Source: Geobacteraceae bacterium
Lineage (GTDB): Bacteria > Desulfobacterota > Desulfuromonadia > Geobacterales > Geobacteraceae
Reading direction: 5' to 3'
Length of the DNA stretch: 42,118 nt
Assembly (NCBI GenBank): GCA_041484725.1
Contig: JBGPID010000001.1
Coordinates: 1-42,118, forward strand
Both the position numbers and the translations under genes were made by a program. Under the pieces are notes generated by a model. It saw only the letters and a list, made by a program, of their open reading frames with translations, was not told the origin of the DNA and ran no database searches. Shown here piece after piece: positions 1 to 8,640 of this stretch; position 1 is the first letter of the stretch, and every line of letters begins with the position of its first letter.

Positions 1-139
1 CGTCAATCTTCGGGCTTGCTTGTGCGGCGTACCGATGTACGCCTCCGCGCAATCCTTTGATTTCCTTGCCAGGACGAAAAATCCCTCGTTTCCGAATTGG
101 AAACTAGTAGTGTCTCATCCGGAGTTTCCGGATGGACAC
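1..139 (+). mobile_element. MITE-like repeat, copy 1 (left ~37 bp lies outside the window)
   Basis: Hand alignment: positions 2-139 match 33649-33786 with 8 substitutions. Positions 18-139 match the reverse complement of 41996-42118 with one 1-nt indel. Ends in the terminal hairpin GTGTCTCATCCGGAGTTTCCGGATGGACAC. It could instead be the end of a full-length IS, because the left side is not visible. Confidence 0.75.
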
Positions 140-271
140 TACACTAGCCGAATATCAGATTAAACAGAAAGCGTCCGTTACCAACCGCCGGTTTCTCATT
201 TGCGAGTAATTTTTCGAGTTCATCACAAGGTCAAGTCCGACAAACTCCTAGCCCGACTTTACCGCGTTAGT

Positions 272-1066
272 TTAGTAACTGGTCGTATCTAAAGGGGAAT
301 ATACACTCTTGGGCTTCTGAAAATACAAAATGATGCCCAAATAACCCCCGTGATCGGTAAATTCAACATGAAAGTCGCGTATGCCGGCTTTTTGCATTAA
401 GAACATAAGCTCATTCGTATTGTATGGGTTCATTTGCATTTCCGGCTCTAGTTTTTTTAAATTTATCCGAGAGCCGACGAGGAGCACTTGTCTGATAAAT
501 CGTTGTTTCAGATTCATTACAGGAGGCACACCATAACTCTTATCATATTCAGATTTTGAATATATGAATTGAATAGCTCCAATGCCTCCCTCAGCCAAGT
601 GGTTAAGGAGGTTCACAAAAATGTGCCTCCCCCTCTCAACGGGTATATGCTGAAAGACGATGACGGAATGGATAAAGTCAAAAAAAAGCCCGTCCAGGGC
701 AGAAAGGTTATCATCAGATCTAAGCAAGGTGACATTTTTCACAGAGTATTCTTCGCAGTTCTTATGAGCCTCTTTCAGCATCGAATCAGAGACATCAAGC
801 CCCACAACATGCTCGGCAATTCCCGCAAGTGGTATGACTATTCTTCCGGGTCCGCAGCCGAAATCCAAAGCACTCTTAGGGGAAAAGTCATGATCGAGAT
901 GATCCCTGGAAACTTTTAAAACATAACTTATCCAATGTCTTCCAGATTGGAAAAACTCCAATTTTGCCTTGTCGGTAAGGTTCTTACTCCGAAACATTTC
1001 ATGAACTAATGTTGCAAAATAAGGATCTTTCTTTCCCCATTTTTCCCATTCGATATCTGTGTTCAT
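272..1066 (-). CDS. class I SAM-dependent methyltransferase
   Basis: 264-aa ORF with SAM motif I LDFGCGPGR, then VVGLDVSDSML and FDFIHSVIVFQHI (Methyltransf_11/25-like pattern). Lower GC than its neighbours (24/60 in the sampled line 421-480). Confidence 0.8.
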   Translation of the reverse strand: MNTDIEWEKWGKKDPYFATLVHEMFRSKNLTDKAKLEFFQSGRHWISYVLKVSRDHLDHDFSPKSALDFGCGPGRIVIPLAGIAEHVVGLDVSDSMLKEAHKNCEEYSVKNVTLLRSDDNLSALDGLFFDFIHSVIVFQHIPVERGRHIFVNLLNHLAEGGIGAIQFIYSKSEYDKSYGVPPVMNLKQRFIRQVLLVGSRINLKKLEPEMQMNPYNTNELMFLMQKAGIRDFHVEFTDHGGYLGIILYFQKPKSVYSPLDTTSY

Positions 1067-1171
1067 ATCATCGATTCCCTCATTTTTTGCAAATGCGATA
1101 ATTAGAAATTATATCATCCGCTTTCGGCAAAGAGACTTCAACGATATGCGACATGTTCAACCTGCCGGCCA

Positions 1172-2209
1172 TTACCGCACCCCCACCACCTGCCGCAGTA
1201 TAATACGGAACAGCCTGCGCCACCATGGCAAAAGGTTGCCGGTCTGTTCCCGCCAGGCCAATAGTTCCACCAAAGCCAGTTCCGGGGTGGTCAACGCACC
1301 GGTGGTCCGGCTAATGTAAGTCGAATACAGAATCAAGGCTCCGGCAACCAATTCTTCCACTGTCAGCTTACGGGTACGCCGTGCGACCGGCAGCATGTCG
1401 GTTGTCAGACCCCACCCGGCATAAAACGGCTGGCCATAGCAAGTCACCTTTTTACCCCGCAATAGAGCTTCAAAGCCGGCCAGTGAGGTCAACGTATGCA
1501 CCTCATCCACCTGCTGCAGCAACTCCCCCATGGATATGTCTGTTACCTGCTCATTGCACCATTCCAGCGCCTGATCTTCAAACTCACCCTTTGTCCTCAG
1601 TCCTGCCACCACATCGGGATGCGGCTTATAAACAACATACGCGGACGGATTGGCCTCCCGCACGGCCCGCAGCAGTCCCATGTTGGTATTGACACCCTGC
1701 GCACCGAAGCGGATAGAGGCATCGCTCTCCACCTGCCCCGGCACCAGGATCACCCTCTTTACCCCCGCAGGTAGTTTCCACTCTCCACTCCCCACATTAT
1801 ACTTGGTCAGGTTACAGGCAACTATCCGTTCGCGAAGATATTGAGCCCGCACAACCAGTTCGGGAGTAAAGGTCGTTGCTGCCAGAAGTTCCTCAAGATC
1901 AGAGGGGCGTGTTGCATCAAAATAAATACCGCTTTTATCGAACACCCAGGAGACCGGTTTAATCAGGTCGGCCCCCAACCCCACCGAACGCAAGAAACCG
2001 TCCTCAAGCCTGACAATACTGACACGTTCAGGACACTCTTCAGGCAGAGGAGTGCTGCCCCACACCACCAGGGTGGAACCGGCCGGCACTTTAGCGCAGG
2101 ATGAACTGTTCACTACGCGTGAACTACCGACAAACCGCCTGAGAATCTTCAGCTTCCTGCCGGACAGGCCATAGGCGTATACAAACGGCGGCAAGGCTTC
2201 GGGCCGCAT
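1172..2209 (-). CDS. kpsC: KpsC-like capsule biosynthesis protein (Capsule_synth family, single domain; predicted beta-Kdo transferase)
   Basis: 345-aa ORF. VVWG...VSIVRLEDGFLRSVGLG...FDKSGIYFDATRPSDLEELL follows the pattern I recall for the start of a KpsC domain. Only one domain is present. The start overlaps the stop of the upstream GT by 1 nt (TAATG). Confidence 0.8.
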   Translation of the reverse strand: MRPEALPPFVYAYGLSGRKLKILRRFVGSSRVVNSSSCAKVPAGSTLVVWGSTPLPEECPERVSIVRLEDGFLRSVGLGADLIKPVSWVFDKSGIYFDATRPSDLEELLAATTFTPELVVRAQYLRERIVACNLTKYNVGSGEWKLPAGVKRVILVPGQVESDASIRFGAQGVNTNMGLLRAVREANPSAYVVYKPHPDVVAGLRTKGEFEDQALEWCNEQVTDISMGELLQQVDEVHTLTSLAGFEALLRGKKVTCYGQPFYAGWGLTTDMLPVARRTRKLTVEELVAGALILYSTYISRTTGALTTPELALVELLAWREQTGNLLPWWRRLFRIILRQVVGVR

Positions 2210-3378
2210 TACTTGCCCACCTCTGCCAGCAATGCATCAACCCTCTTGAAGTGCTCATCCCAGGTAGGCGCAAAAAACCTGGAAATCCGTTGCAGTTGAC
2301 GATTGCGCAGCTGATTGCCCTGCGTTGCATATTCGATGATCATGGCTATCCAGCCCATGCTATCCAGTGGATCAAGATAGTCGGGTATATCATCGGCAAT
2401 CTCACGAAACACGGTCAGGTCACTGGCTATGACCGGTGTGCTGCAGGCCAGTGCCTCCACCAGCGGCAGACCAAACCCCTCGACAAAGGATGGAAACAGC
2501 AAAGCCTGTGCATGGTGCAGCCAGGTTGCAAGTTCGGCGTCAGAACAGGCAGAAAGCTCTAGAATATGCTCCCGCAGAGGTTCGCAACGCTCCAGCAGAT
2601 CTACCACGTTCTCACATTCCCAGCCCCGCTGCCCGATGATGACCAGCAGTGGCGCCTGATCTCCCATCCGCTCTACCAGTCGCTTCCAAACATGTAGCAG
2701 CATCAGATGGTTCTTGCGTGGCTCGATGGTTCCCAACACCACAAAATAGGGACGTTCAACCGGACGCATTTTCGTCGCAGCAGCAAAGTCAGGTGGCGCC
2801 AGAAAAGCCGGCGTCGCCGGCGGCAGCGGCACCCCCTGTGCATCCGCAAAGGCAGCAAGCGCATCCAGCGTGGCCTGCGAGTTGGTTATCACCCCCCGGG
2901 CTAATTCAAGCACCATCCGCATTCTGATCAGGTGTTTTTGCTGTTCTCCGGGGCGACAGAATTCAGGATGGGTTATCGGTATCAGGTCATGCACCATGAA
3001 CACCGGGCGAACCTGCATCCGCCGTAGCAGATCCGGATAACGATGGTATTCGAGTCCGCTATGACCGATATTGAAATAAATGGAGCCGCTCAGATCGCGT
3101 GACAGTATCCCGGCGGCGGCTCCCTGCGCAATCAGCCGCCAGGCATGGGACTTGAAATCAGATGGGGGATGAAGCAACAGATGGAACAGGGTTTGTGAAA
3201 ATTTTTCAGGAAGGACAACACTAAAGCGGCCGTCACGTATAAACGCACGAGAGCGGAGGCCGTAATGCCGGACATAGGCAAGAGCAACCCGGTCAACCCC
3301 GGTGGGAAGCCGTCCCTTCATCTGCCTCCCCACCAGGCGGGACACATCAATCAGGAAAGGGCTGTGAGCGGCGTTCAT
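2209..3378 (-). CDS. glycosyltransferase family 4 (GT-B, Glycos_transf_1)
   Basis: 389-aa ORF with the [21 protein letters not shown] (EX7E-type) motif and an N-terminal FLIDVSRL...TGVDRV pattern, as in mannosyl/rhamnosyltransferases of O-antigen and capsule loci. Confidence 0.85.
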   Translation of the reverse strand: MNAAHSPFLIDVSRLVGRQMKGRLPTGVDRVALAYVRHYGLRSRAFIRDGRFSVVLPEKFSQTLFHLLLHPPSDFKSHAWRLIAQGAAAGILSRDLSGSIYFNIGHSGLEYHRYPDLLRRMQVRPVFMVHDLIPITHPEFCRPGEQQKHLIRMRMVLELARGVITNSQATLDALAAFADAQGVPLPPATPAFLAPPDFAAATKMRPVERPYFVVLGTIEPRKNHLMLLHVWKRLVERMGDQAPLLVIIGQRGWECENVVDLLERCEPLREHILELSACSDAELATWLHHAQALLFPSFVEGFGLPLVEALACSTPVIASDLTVFREIADDIPDYLDPLDSMGWIAMIIEYATQGNQLRNRQLQRISRFFAPTWDEHFKRVDALLAEVGK

Positions 3379-3380
3379 TC

Positions 3381-4583
3381 TTATTTGGTCAGCTGGGCCG
3401 CGGCGATCGTCGGATAGGCCACGGTCATAACGAGATTCAGGAATTTCTGCAGCTCGGCTGCCGGTGCGTTGGAGACATACAGTACATCCTTATTGTTGAT
3501 CTGGAAGTTCTGGGCCACCAGAAAGCTGGCCGGGTCGCGCAGGTTCATCCGGTACACCACCGGCACCCGGTTATCCGGTGTGGTTGCCACCGGTTTGGTA
3601 GGCCAGTCAAGGGCATCCGCTGTCTCAAAACGGAAAATGAACACGCCCCGTGCATCGGCCCGCGCATCCTGCAGGCCGCCGCTGCGCGCCAATGCCTGGG
3701 CCAGGGATATACCCTGGACCTCAAAATTCACCTCTTCGTTCTTGCCGGTTGCGCCAAGCACCGTAAAACTCAACGGTTGATACAGCGCTGTAATGACGTC
3801 ACCGGGCTGCAACAGGATATTCTGCCGCGGATCACGAATAATGGTTTCCAGCGGCATAGCATACACCTTGTCGCCACGGGTAACCTGCAAGGTCATCTTG
3901 TTCACCGGCTGGCGAACGCCGCCGGCAGCTGCCAGGGCATCAAGAAGTCTCTCACCCATGGGGGTCAACGGCATCCTGGTGCTGGCTCCCATCTCACCCA
4001 CCAGGGTTACGTTAGAAGTCGTATTTCTGACCAGCCGGACCAGTACCTGGGGTTGATTGGCTTTCCCTTGCAAGCCTCTTTCAATATCAGCCTCGATCTG
4101 CTGCAGTGTACGACCAGCGGCCTTCACCGGGCCGACAAACGGAAAGGTTATGTTTCCCTCACTGCTCACCATCTGTTCGGGAAATCCGGGAAGTCGCGTT
4201 GTTGCCGCACCGGAACGCAGATCACTGACAGAAATGCCGAACAAGGTGGCTGGCGGCGCCTCCCAAAGCGACACCTCCAATACATCACCGGCCCCCACCT
4301 TGAATGATCTGTCCTGCGGAGGGAGAAGCATTTCAGAAAAAAGCTGTTCCCGACGCTTGACTGTCAGACTGCGCGCCACCTGATCAGTCACCTCAACCAC
4401 CTGCAAGGTGACAACATTCTGCTCGGTTTTGGCACTCACAATATCTGATGTAGTCGGGCCGGAGAGAGGCAAGAAGCTGTTACAACCGGAGAGTATCGGT
4501 AATAGAACCGTAAGCAGTAAAACCCACCGACGACAAACAGAAAACAATGTTGATACCATGTTCATTCTCTCACTTTCACACAA
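3381..4583 (-). CDS. outer-membrane polysaccharide export protein (OPX, Wza-like lipoprotein; Poly_export + SLBB)
   Basis: 400-aa ORF. Signal peptide with lipobox LLPILSGC. VGAGDVLEVSLWE (Poly_export) and LQPGDVI (SLBB-like) motifs. The true start is probably an internal Met (4565 or 4559). Confidence 0.85.
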   Translation of the reverse strand: MCESERMNMVSTLFSVCRRWVLLLTVLLPILSGCNSFLPLSGPTTSDIVSAKTEQNVVTLQVVEVTDQVARSLTVKRREQLFSEMLLPPQDRSFKVGAGDVLEVSLWEAPPATLFGISVSDLRSGAATTRLPGFPEQMVSSEGNITFPFVGPVKAAGRTLQQIEADIERGLQGKANQPQVLVRLVRNTTSNVTLVGEMGASTRMPLTPMGERLLDALAAAGGVRQPVNKMTLQVTRGDKVYAMPLETIIRDPRQNILLQPGDVITALYQPLSFTVLGATGKNEEVNFEVQGISLAQALARSGGLQDARADARGVFIFRFETADALDWPTKPVATTPDNRVPVVYRMNLRDPASFLVAQNFQINNKDVLYVSNAPAAELQKFLNLVMTVAYPTIAAAQLTK

Positions 4584-4744
4584 GTTCTGTGTAATACATC
4601 ATCGGTCTGTTTGGGTTAAAAACCCTTCAACAGAGTGCTCTATCACTACATACCACATGCTGCTATGTATCACCATAAAAAAATATTGCGGCAATTACAC
4701 CAGTAGTATTTTCAACCCCGTCAAAAATGTAAATGAAAACTGCA

Positions 4745-5695
4745 TTATTCCGCCGCAATCATCATCCGGATAACATCTTTCATCCGGTATTGTGCCTTCC
4801 AGCCTAGTTCCTTCTCGGCCCTCGCAGGGTTACCCTTGCTTACCATGATTTCAGAGGGACGGAGAAGTGATGCATCGGTAGAAACGTATTCCTGCCAGTC
4901 AAATCCGAGCTGAGAAAACACCTCAATAACAAAACCTTCCAGCGTATTGGTCTCACCTGTGGCAATGACGAAATCCTTTGGTTCATCCTGTTGCAGCATC
5001 CGCCACATGGCGCCCACATACTCTGGAGACCACCCCCAGTCGCGGGCAATTGAAATATTACCCAGCTGCAGTTTTTCCTTACTGCCTGAAGCGATACGAC
5101 ATGCCGTTGATACAATTTTACGTGTTACAAAACGAGTGGGGCGTAATGGCGACTCATGGTTAAACAAAATGCCGGTGCATGCATACAAATTGTACGCCTC
5201 CCGATAGTTGGCCACTTCCCAATGAGCAGCAGCCTTTGCAACAGCATAGGGGCTGCGTGGATGGAACGGCGTGAGTTCATCTGCCGTCATACCGTCGGTA
5301 TTTCCAAAGCATTCACTGGAGCCGGCGCTGTAGAACCTGATCGGCTGCTGCAGAAAACGTATCACCTCCAGCAGATTCAACGTGCCCAGGCTCAGGCTTT
5401 CCAGTGTTTCCACCGGCTGTTCAAATGAAAGTCCTACCGAACTTTGTCCCGCCAGGTTATACACCTCGTCCGGCCGTACCTTGACCAGAGTCTGCAACAC
5501 ACTGCGAAAGTCATTCAACGCCATGGAAAGTTGAATAACATCCTGCTTGATACCCAGTCGTTCAAGATTGTGAAATGAGGAAATCTGAGCATCACGGCTC
5601 GTTCCGTATACCTCATACCCCTTCTCCAGCAGTAGCTTTGCCAGATAAGTACCGTCCTGTCCCGAAACCCCCGAAATCAATGCCCGTTTAGCCAT
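4745..5695 (-). CDS. gmd: GDP-mannose 4,6-dehydratase (short type)
   Basis: 316-aa ORF. N-terminal ALISGVSGQDGTYLAKLLLEKGYEVYG Rossmann motif, then SPYAVAKAAAHW (YxxxK) and FNHESPLR. Confidence 0.9.
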   Translation of the reverse strand: MAKRALISGVSGQDGTYLAKLLLEKGYEVYGTSRDAQISSFHNLERLGIKQDVIQLSMALNDFRSVLQTLVKVRPDEVYNLAGQSSVGLSFEQPVETLESLSLGTLNLLEVIRFLQQPIRFYSAGSSECFGNTDGMTADELTPFHPRSPYAVAKAAAHWEVANYREAYNLYACTGILFNHESPLRPTRFVTRKIVSTACRIASGSKEKLQLGNISIARDWGWSPEYVGAMWRMLQQDEPKDFVIATGETNTLEGFVIEVFSQLGFDWQEYVSTDASLLRPSEIMVSKGNPARAEKELGWKAQYRMKDVIRMMIAAE

Positions 5696-6612
5696 TAGCC
5701 CGTTTCTCCCTTTCCGCCATCTTCAGGTCCGCATCCACCATCATGGCAACCAGCACCGCATCAGAGGTTTTCTCCATCACTGCATAGTCAATCGAATCAG
5801 ATGGTGATTCAGCAAAGGAGGTCTTATCCAGTCGGACAAAATCCTGGTCTCGTCGCCCTGCGGCAAAGGCTGCCTGACAGGCTGCCAGCATTTCCGGAGC
5901 AAAGGTTTGCAGCTCCTCCAGATAGCGCTTTGCACTAAAAAGAAACATCCCGCTGTTCCAGAAATAGTCCCCCGATGCCAGATACCGCTCAGCCGTAGTC
6001 AGATCCGGCTTTTCTACAAAAGAATCAACCGTAAAAGCAGTTGTCTGACTGGTTGGTAGTTCCTGGTCATCTGTAAGTTGTTCATTCAACAACGCATGAG
6101 ACTCTTTTCCCGCCTTGATATATCCATATCCGGTTTCAGGTGCTGTAGGTACAATACCAAAGGTAACCAGCTTTCCCGCTGCTGCCAATGGGACTCCCGC
6201 AGTTACCGCCTGCTGAAAAGCTTCAACATGTTGCACATCATGGTCAGCCGGCAGCACCAGCAGCAAGCTGTCATCACCGGCGGCAAAAGCTTCCAGGGCG
6301 GCAACAGCTGCCGCCGGCGCCGTATTACGTCCACAGGGTTCCAATATGATGGTAGCTGAAGGTACACCTATGCAACGAAGTTGCTCGGCAACCATAAAGC
6401 GATGTTCCTCATTACAGACCACAAAGGGATCCGCAACGCCTGCAATACCGCTGGTGCGTAATGCCGTATTCTGCAACATCGTCTGATCATTTACCAGAGG
6501 CAGCAGCTGTTTGGGGGTACAGTTCACGAGACAAAGGCCAGAGCCTGCTGCCCGTTCCTCCGGACAGGACAACCGGGATAACTTTTATCGATGCCTGTTT
6601 CAGATCACTCAT
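5688..6612 (-). pseudogene. manC: mannose-1-phosphate guanylyltransferase, frameshifted at a C5 run and lacking the C-terminal isomerase/cupin part
   Basis: The ATG at 6612 opens [33 protein letters not shown], then leaves the frame. The rest ([16 protein letters not shown]...SIDYAVMEKT) continues in the frame of ORF 5688..6572. The switch is at the GGGGG run on the + strand, 6513-6517. The protein ends ~20 aa after SIDYAVMEKT and overlaps the gmd start. Confidence 0.75.
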
Positions 6613-6642
6613 CAATCGACTCCCTATCGACGTAATGTTTCC

Positions 6643-7752
6643 TCAACCAATAACTTTTCTATAAACTGCTACCGTCTCTTCAACACAACGATCCCATGTG
6701 AACCGCCTGGCCACCTGGAGTCCGGCCTTTACTGCCTGTGCTTTCCATATATCATCGTCAAGCCCCATCCTGATCGCATCGAGCAGGGCATCCTCATCAT
6801 CCGGTTCCACCAGGCAGGCAGCCCCACCTGTCACCTCAGGCAGAGAAGAACAGTTTGATGTTATCACCGGCACCCCTGAGGCCATCGCTTCAAGCACCGG
6901 CAGACCAAACCCTTCGTAGATGGATGGATACACAAACAGGCTGGCTCCGGCATACAATGCAGGGAGGTCTGACTCCGGTACAAACCCTTGGTAGCGCAGC
7001 CACCCTTCCGCACAAAAGCGTTCAATTTGCTTGTGGATATCTTCACTCTTCCATCCCTTGCCACCTAACAGCAGCAGTGGGTATCGGGCGCGCAGGGCGG
7101 TGGGGAGACGGCTATATGCCGACAAGAGGCGATCTATCTTCTTACGTGGTTCGATGGTTGATACGCACAGTGTGTAGCTACCGTGCTTCAGGTTGAAGCC
7201 TTGCATGACATCAGCCGTCTCTGCAGCGACTCGTGGCCGAAACAGGCCGGATACCCCGTTCGGCACCGTCGTAATCCGGTCAGCAGGCCAGCCGAGAAAA
7301 GCGATTATTTCCTGGCGCATAAACTCGGAAACAGCAATCAAATGCAAAGCCCGCGAAATAGTGCTGTCGAATTCTCGTTCATACTGCCTGATCCGCTCGA
7401 TGGGGTGCGTCTCAGGGTATTTAAAAACAGACAGATCATGGATCGTTGCCACGCCGATATTGGCACAAGCTGGCAGAAAGAAGTTGGGGCCATGGAACAC
7501 CTCACCTCGACAATCCCATGTCAGGCGGGCCTCACGCAGCCAGCGCGGCTCCTGGCGCTGCAGCCAAGTTCTCCGTATGTGCGGTTGCGCGGTATTCAGT
7601 AAAAGAGCGAGATCTGATATCCACTTTCCCTCCCGGTAGAATCTGACACGAATCCCCTGAACTGCAGGTAGACGGGTAGCCAGTTCCCATGTATATCGCC
7701 CGATTCCGCTTAGCGGGGGGGTAAGTGCATCAACAGACAGAACTATGTGCAC
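6643..7752 (-). CDS. glycosyltransferase family 4
   Basis: 369-aa ORF with [26 protein letters not shown] and an N-terminal [11 protein letters not shown] pattern. Confidence 0.85.
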   Translation of the reverse strand: MHIVLSVDALTPPLSGIGRYTWELATRLPAVQGIRVRFYREGKWISDLALLLNTAQPHIRRTWLQRQEPRWLREARLTWDCRGEVFHGPNFFLPACANIGVATIHDLSVFKYPETHPIERIRQYEREFDSTISRALHLIAVSEFMRQEIIAFLGWPADRITTVPNGVSGLFRPRVAAETADVMQGFNLKHGSYTLCVSTIEPRKKIDRLLSAYSRLPTALRARYPLLLLGGKGWKSEDIHKQIERFCAEGWLRYQGFVPESDLPALYAGASLFVYPSIYEGFGLPVLEAMASGVPVITSNCSSLPEVTGGAACLVEPDDEDALLDAIRMGLDDDIWKAQAVKAGLQVARRFTWDRCVEETVAVYRKVIG

Positions 7753-7998
7753 ATGTAAACCTCAATTTCAAATTTCGAAGTTGACAACAGCCCCGTACCG
7801 CTTAGATCATTTGAAACTATCTTTAAGCATGACATTCGTCATGCAGACTTTCTCAGCTTATTGCCTGAACGCTTCTTGCCTCGGCCTCCACGGGAACTGG
7901 CCGGCATCGGGGGAGCTGCTGGCAATACTCAGCTGCGCGTCGCCCGTCACCCACTGTTCAACCGGTGGTGGTAGATCAACCGGTAATGCCAGCGCTAA

Positions 7999-8622
7999 TC
8001 AATATATGCCGTCTGGCCTTACCTTTTCTATGACACACTCAATTTCATAAGGTCCGGCAGCGTGCTGAGTTTGCGGCAAGAAGAAATCAGCAGTGCAGAA
8101 GCGCTCACGAAGATGCGCCACTCTATATTCACTTCTAGGCAGCGATGATTCAACTTCGTAAAGCAGCCGAGACGCTGTATAAAACCGCTTGTGATCGCCA
8201 TTAAATACTGATGGTGGTGTGCGTCTGCGCTCATACGATTCCATCAAAGGCACAAACAAGATTATTGTTCCTCCATAAGCGAGTGATCTAAAGCATTCGC
8301 GAAAAAAGTACCCGTAGTCGGCTATGTGTTCAAGCAAGTGGGACGCATGGATCGTTCCGACTTCCCCGTCTTTGAAAGGGAGATTTTTGCCATCATAGCC
8401 CGGAGTATCAATATCAATTCCGATTGCGTCACGAAAAACTGGAGTCGATCCACTCGCGCCTTTGTAGCCAATATCTACAACAAAACCGGGCCTGACGAAT
8501 TCATCCCAGAATCCTTCTGCCAATCTTTGATCAAACAATCTTGTGGGTTCGCCCTGTAAATTGTCTGACTTAACTAAGTCAATTCTAACCACGGTTTCAT
8601 TGTTCAGCATTTTGCACTCCAA
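7999..8622 (-). CDS. SAM-dependent methyltransferase (Methyltransf_11/23-like)
   Basis: 207-aa ORF with VVDIGYKG (motif I-like) and LPFKDGEVGTIHASHLLEHI...GGTIILFVP. Lies in the low-GC block. Confidence 0.6.
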   Translation of the reverse strand: MECKMLNNETVVRIDLVKSDNLQGEPTRLFDQRLAEGFWDEFVRPGFVVDIGYKGASGSTPVFRDAIGIDIDTPGYDGKNLPFKDGEVGTIHASHLLEHIADYGYFFRECFRSLAYGGTIILFVPLMESYERRRTPPSVFNGDHKRFYTASRLLYEVESSLPRSEYRVAHLRERFCTADFFLPQTQHAAGPYEIECVIEKVRPDGIY

Positions 8623-8640
8623 TGCGAAAGCCTTGGGAGA

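Noticed and set aside
7745-8050. A 101-aa + strand ORF in the 7753-7998 gap.
   Set aside because: It has no motif and runs into the opposite-strand methyltransferase. The gap is better explained as a junction scar between the low-GC and high-GC segments.
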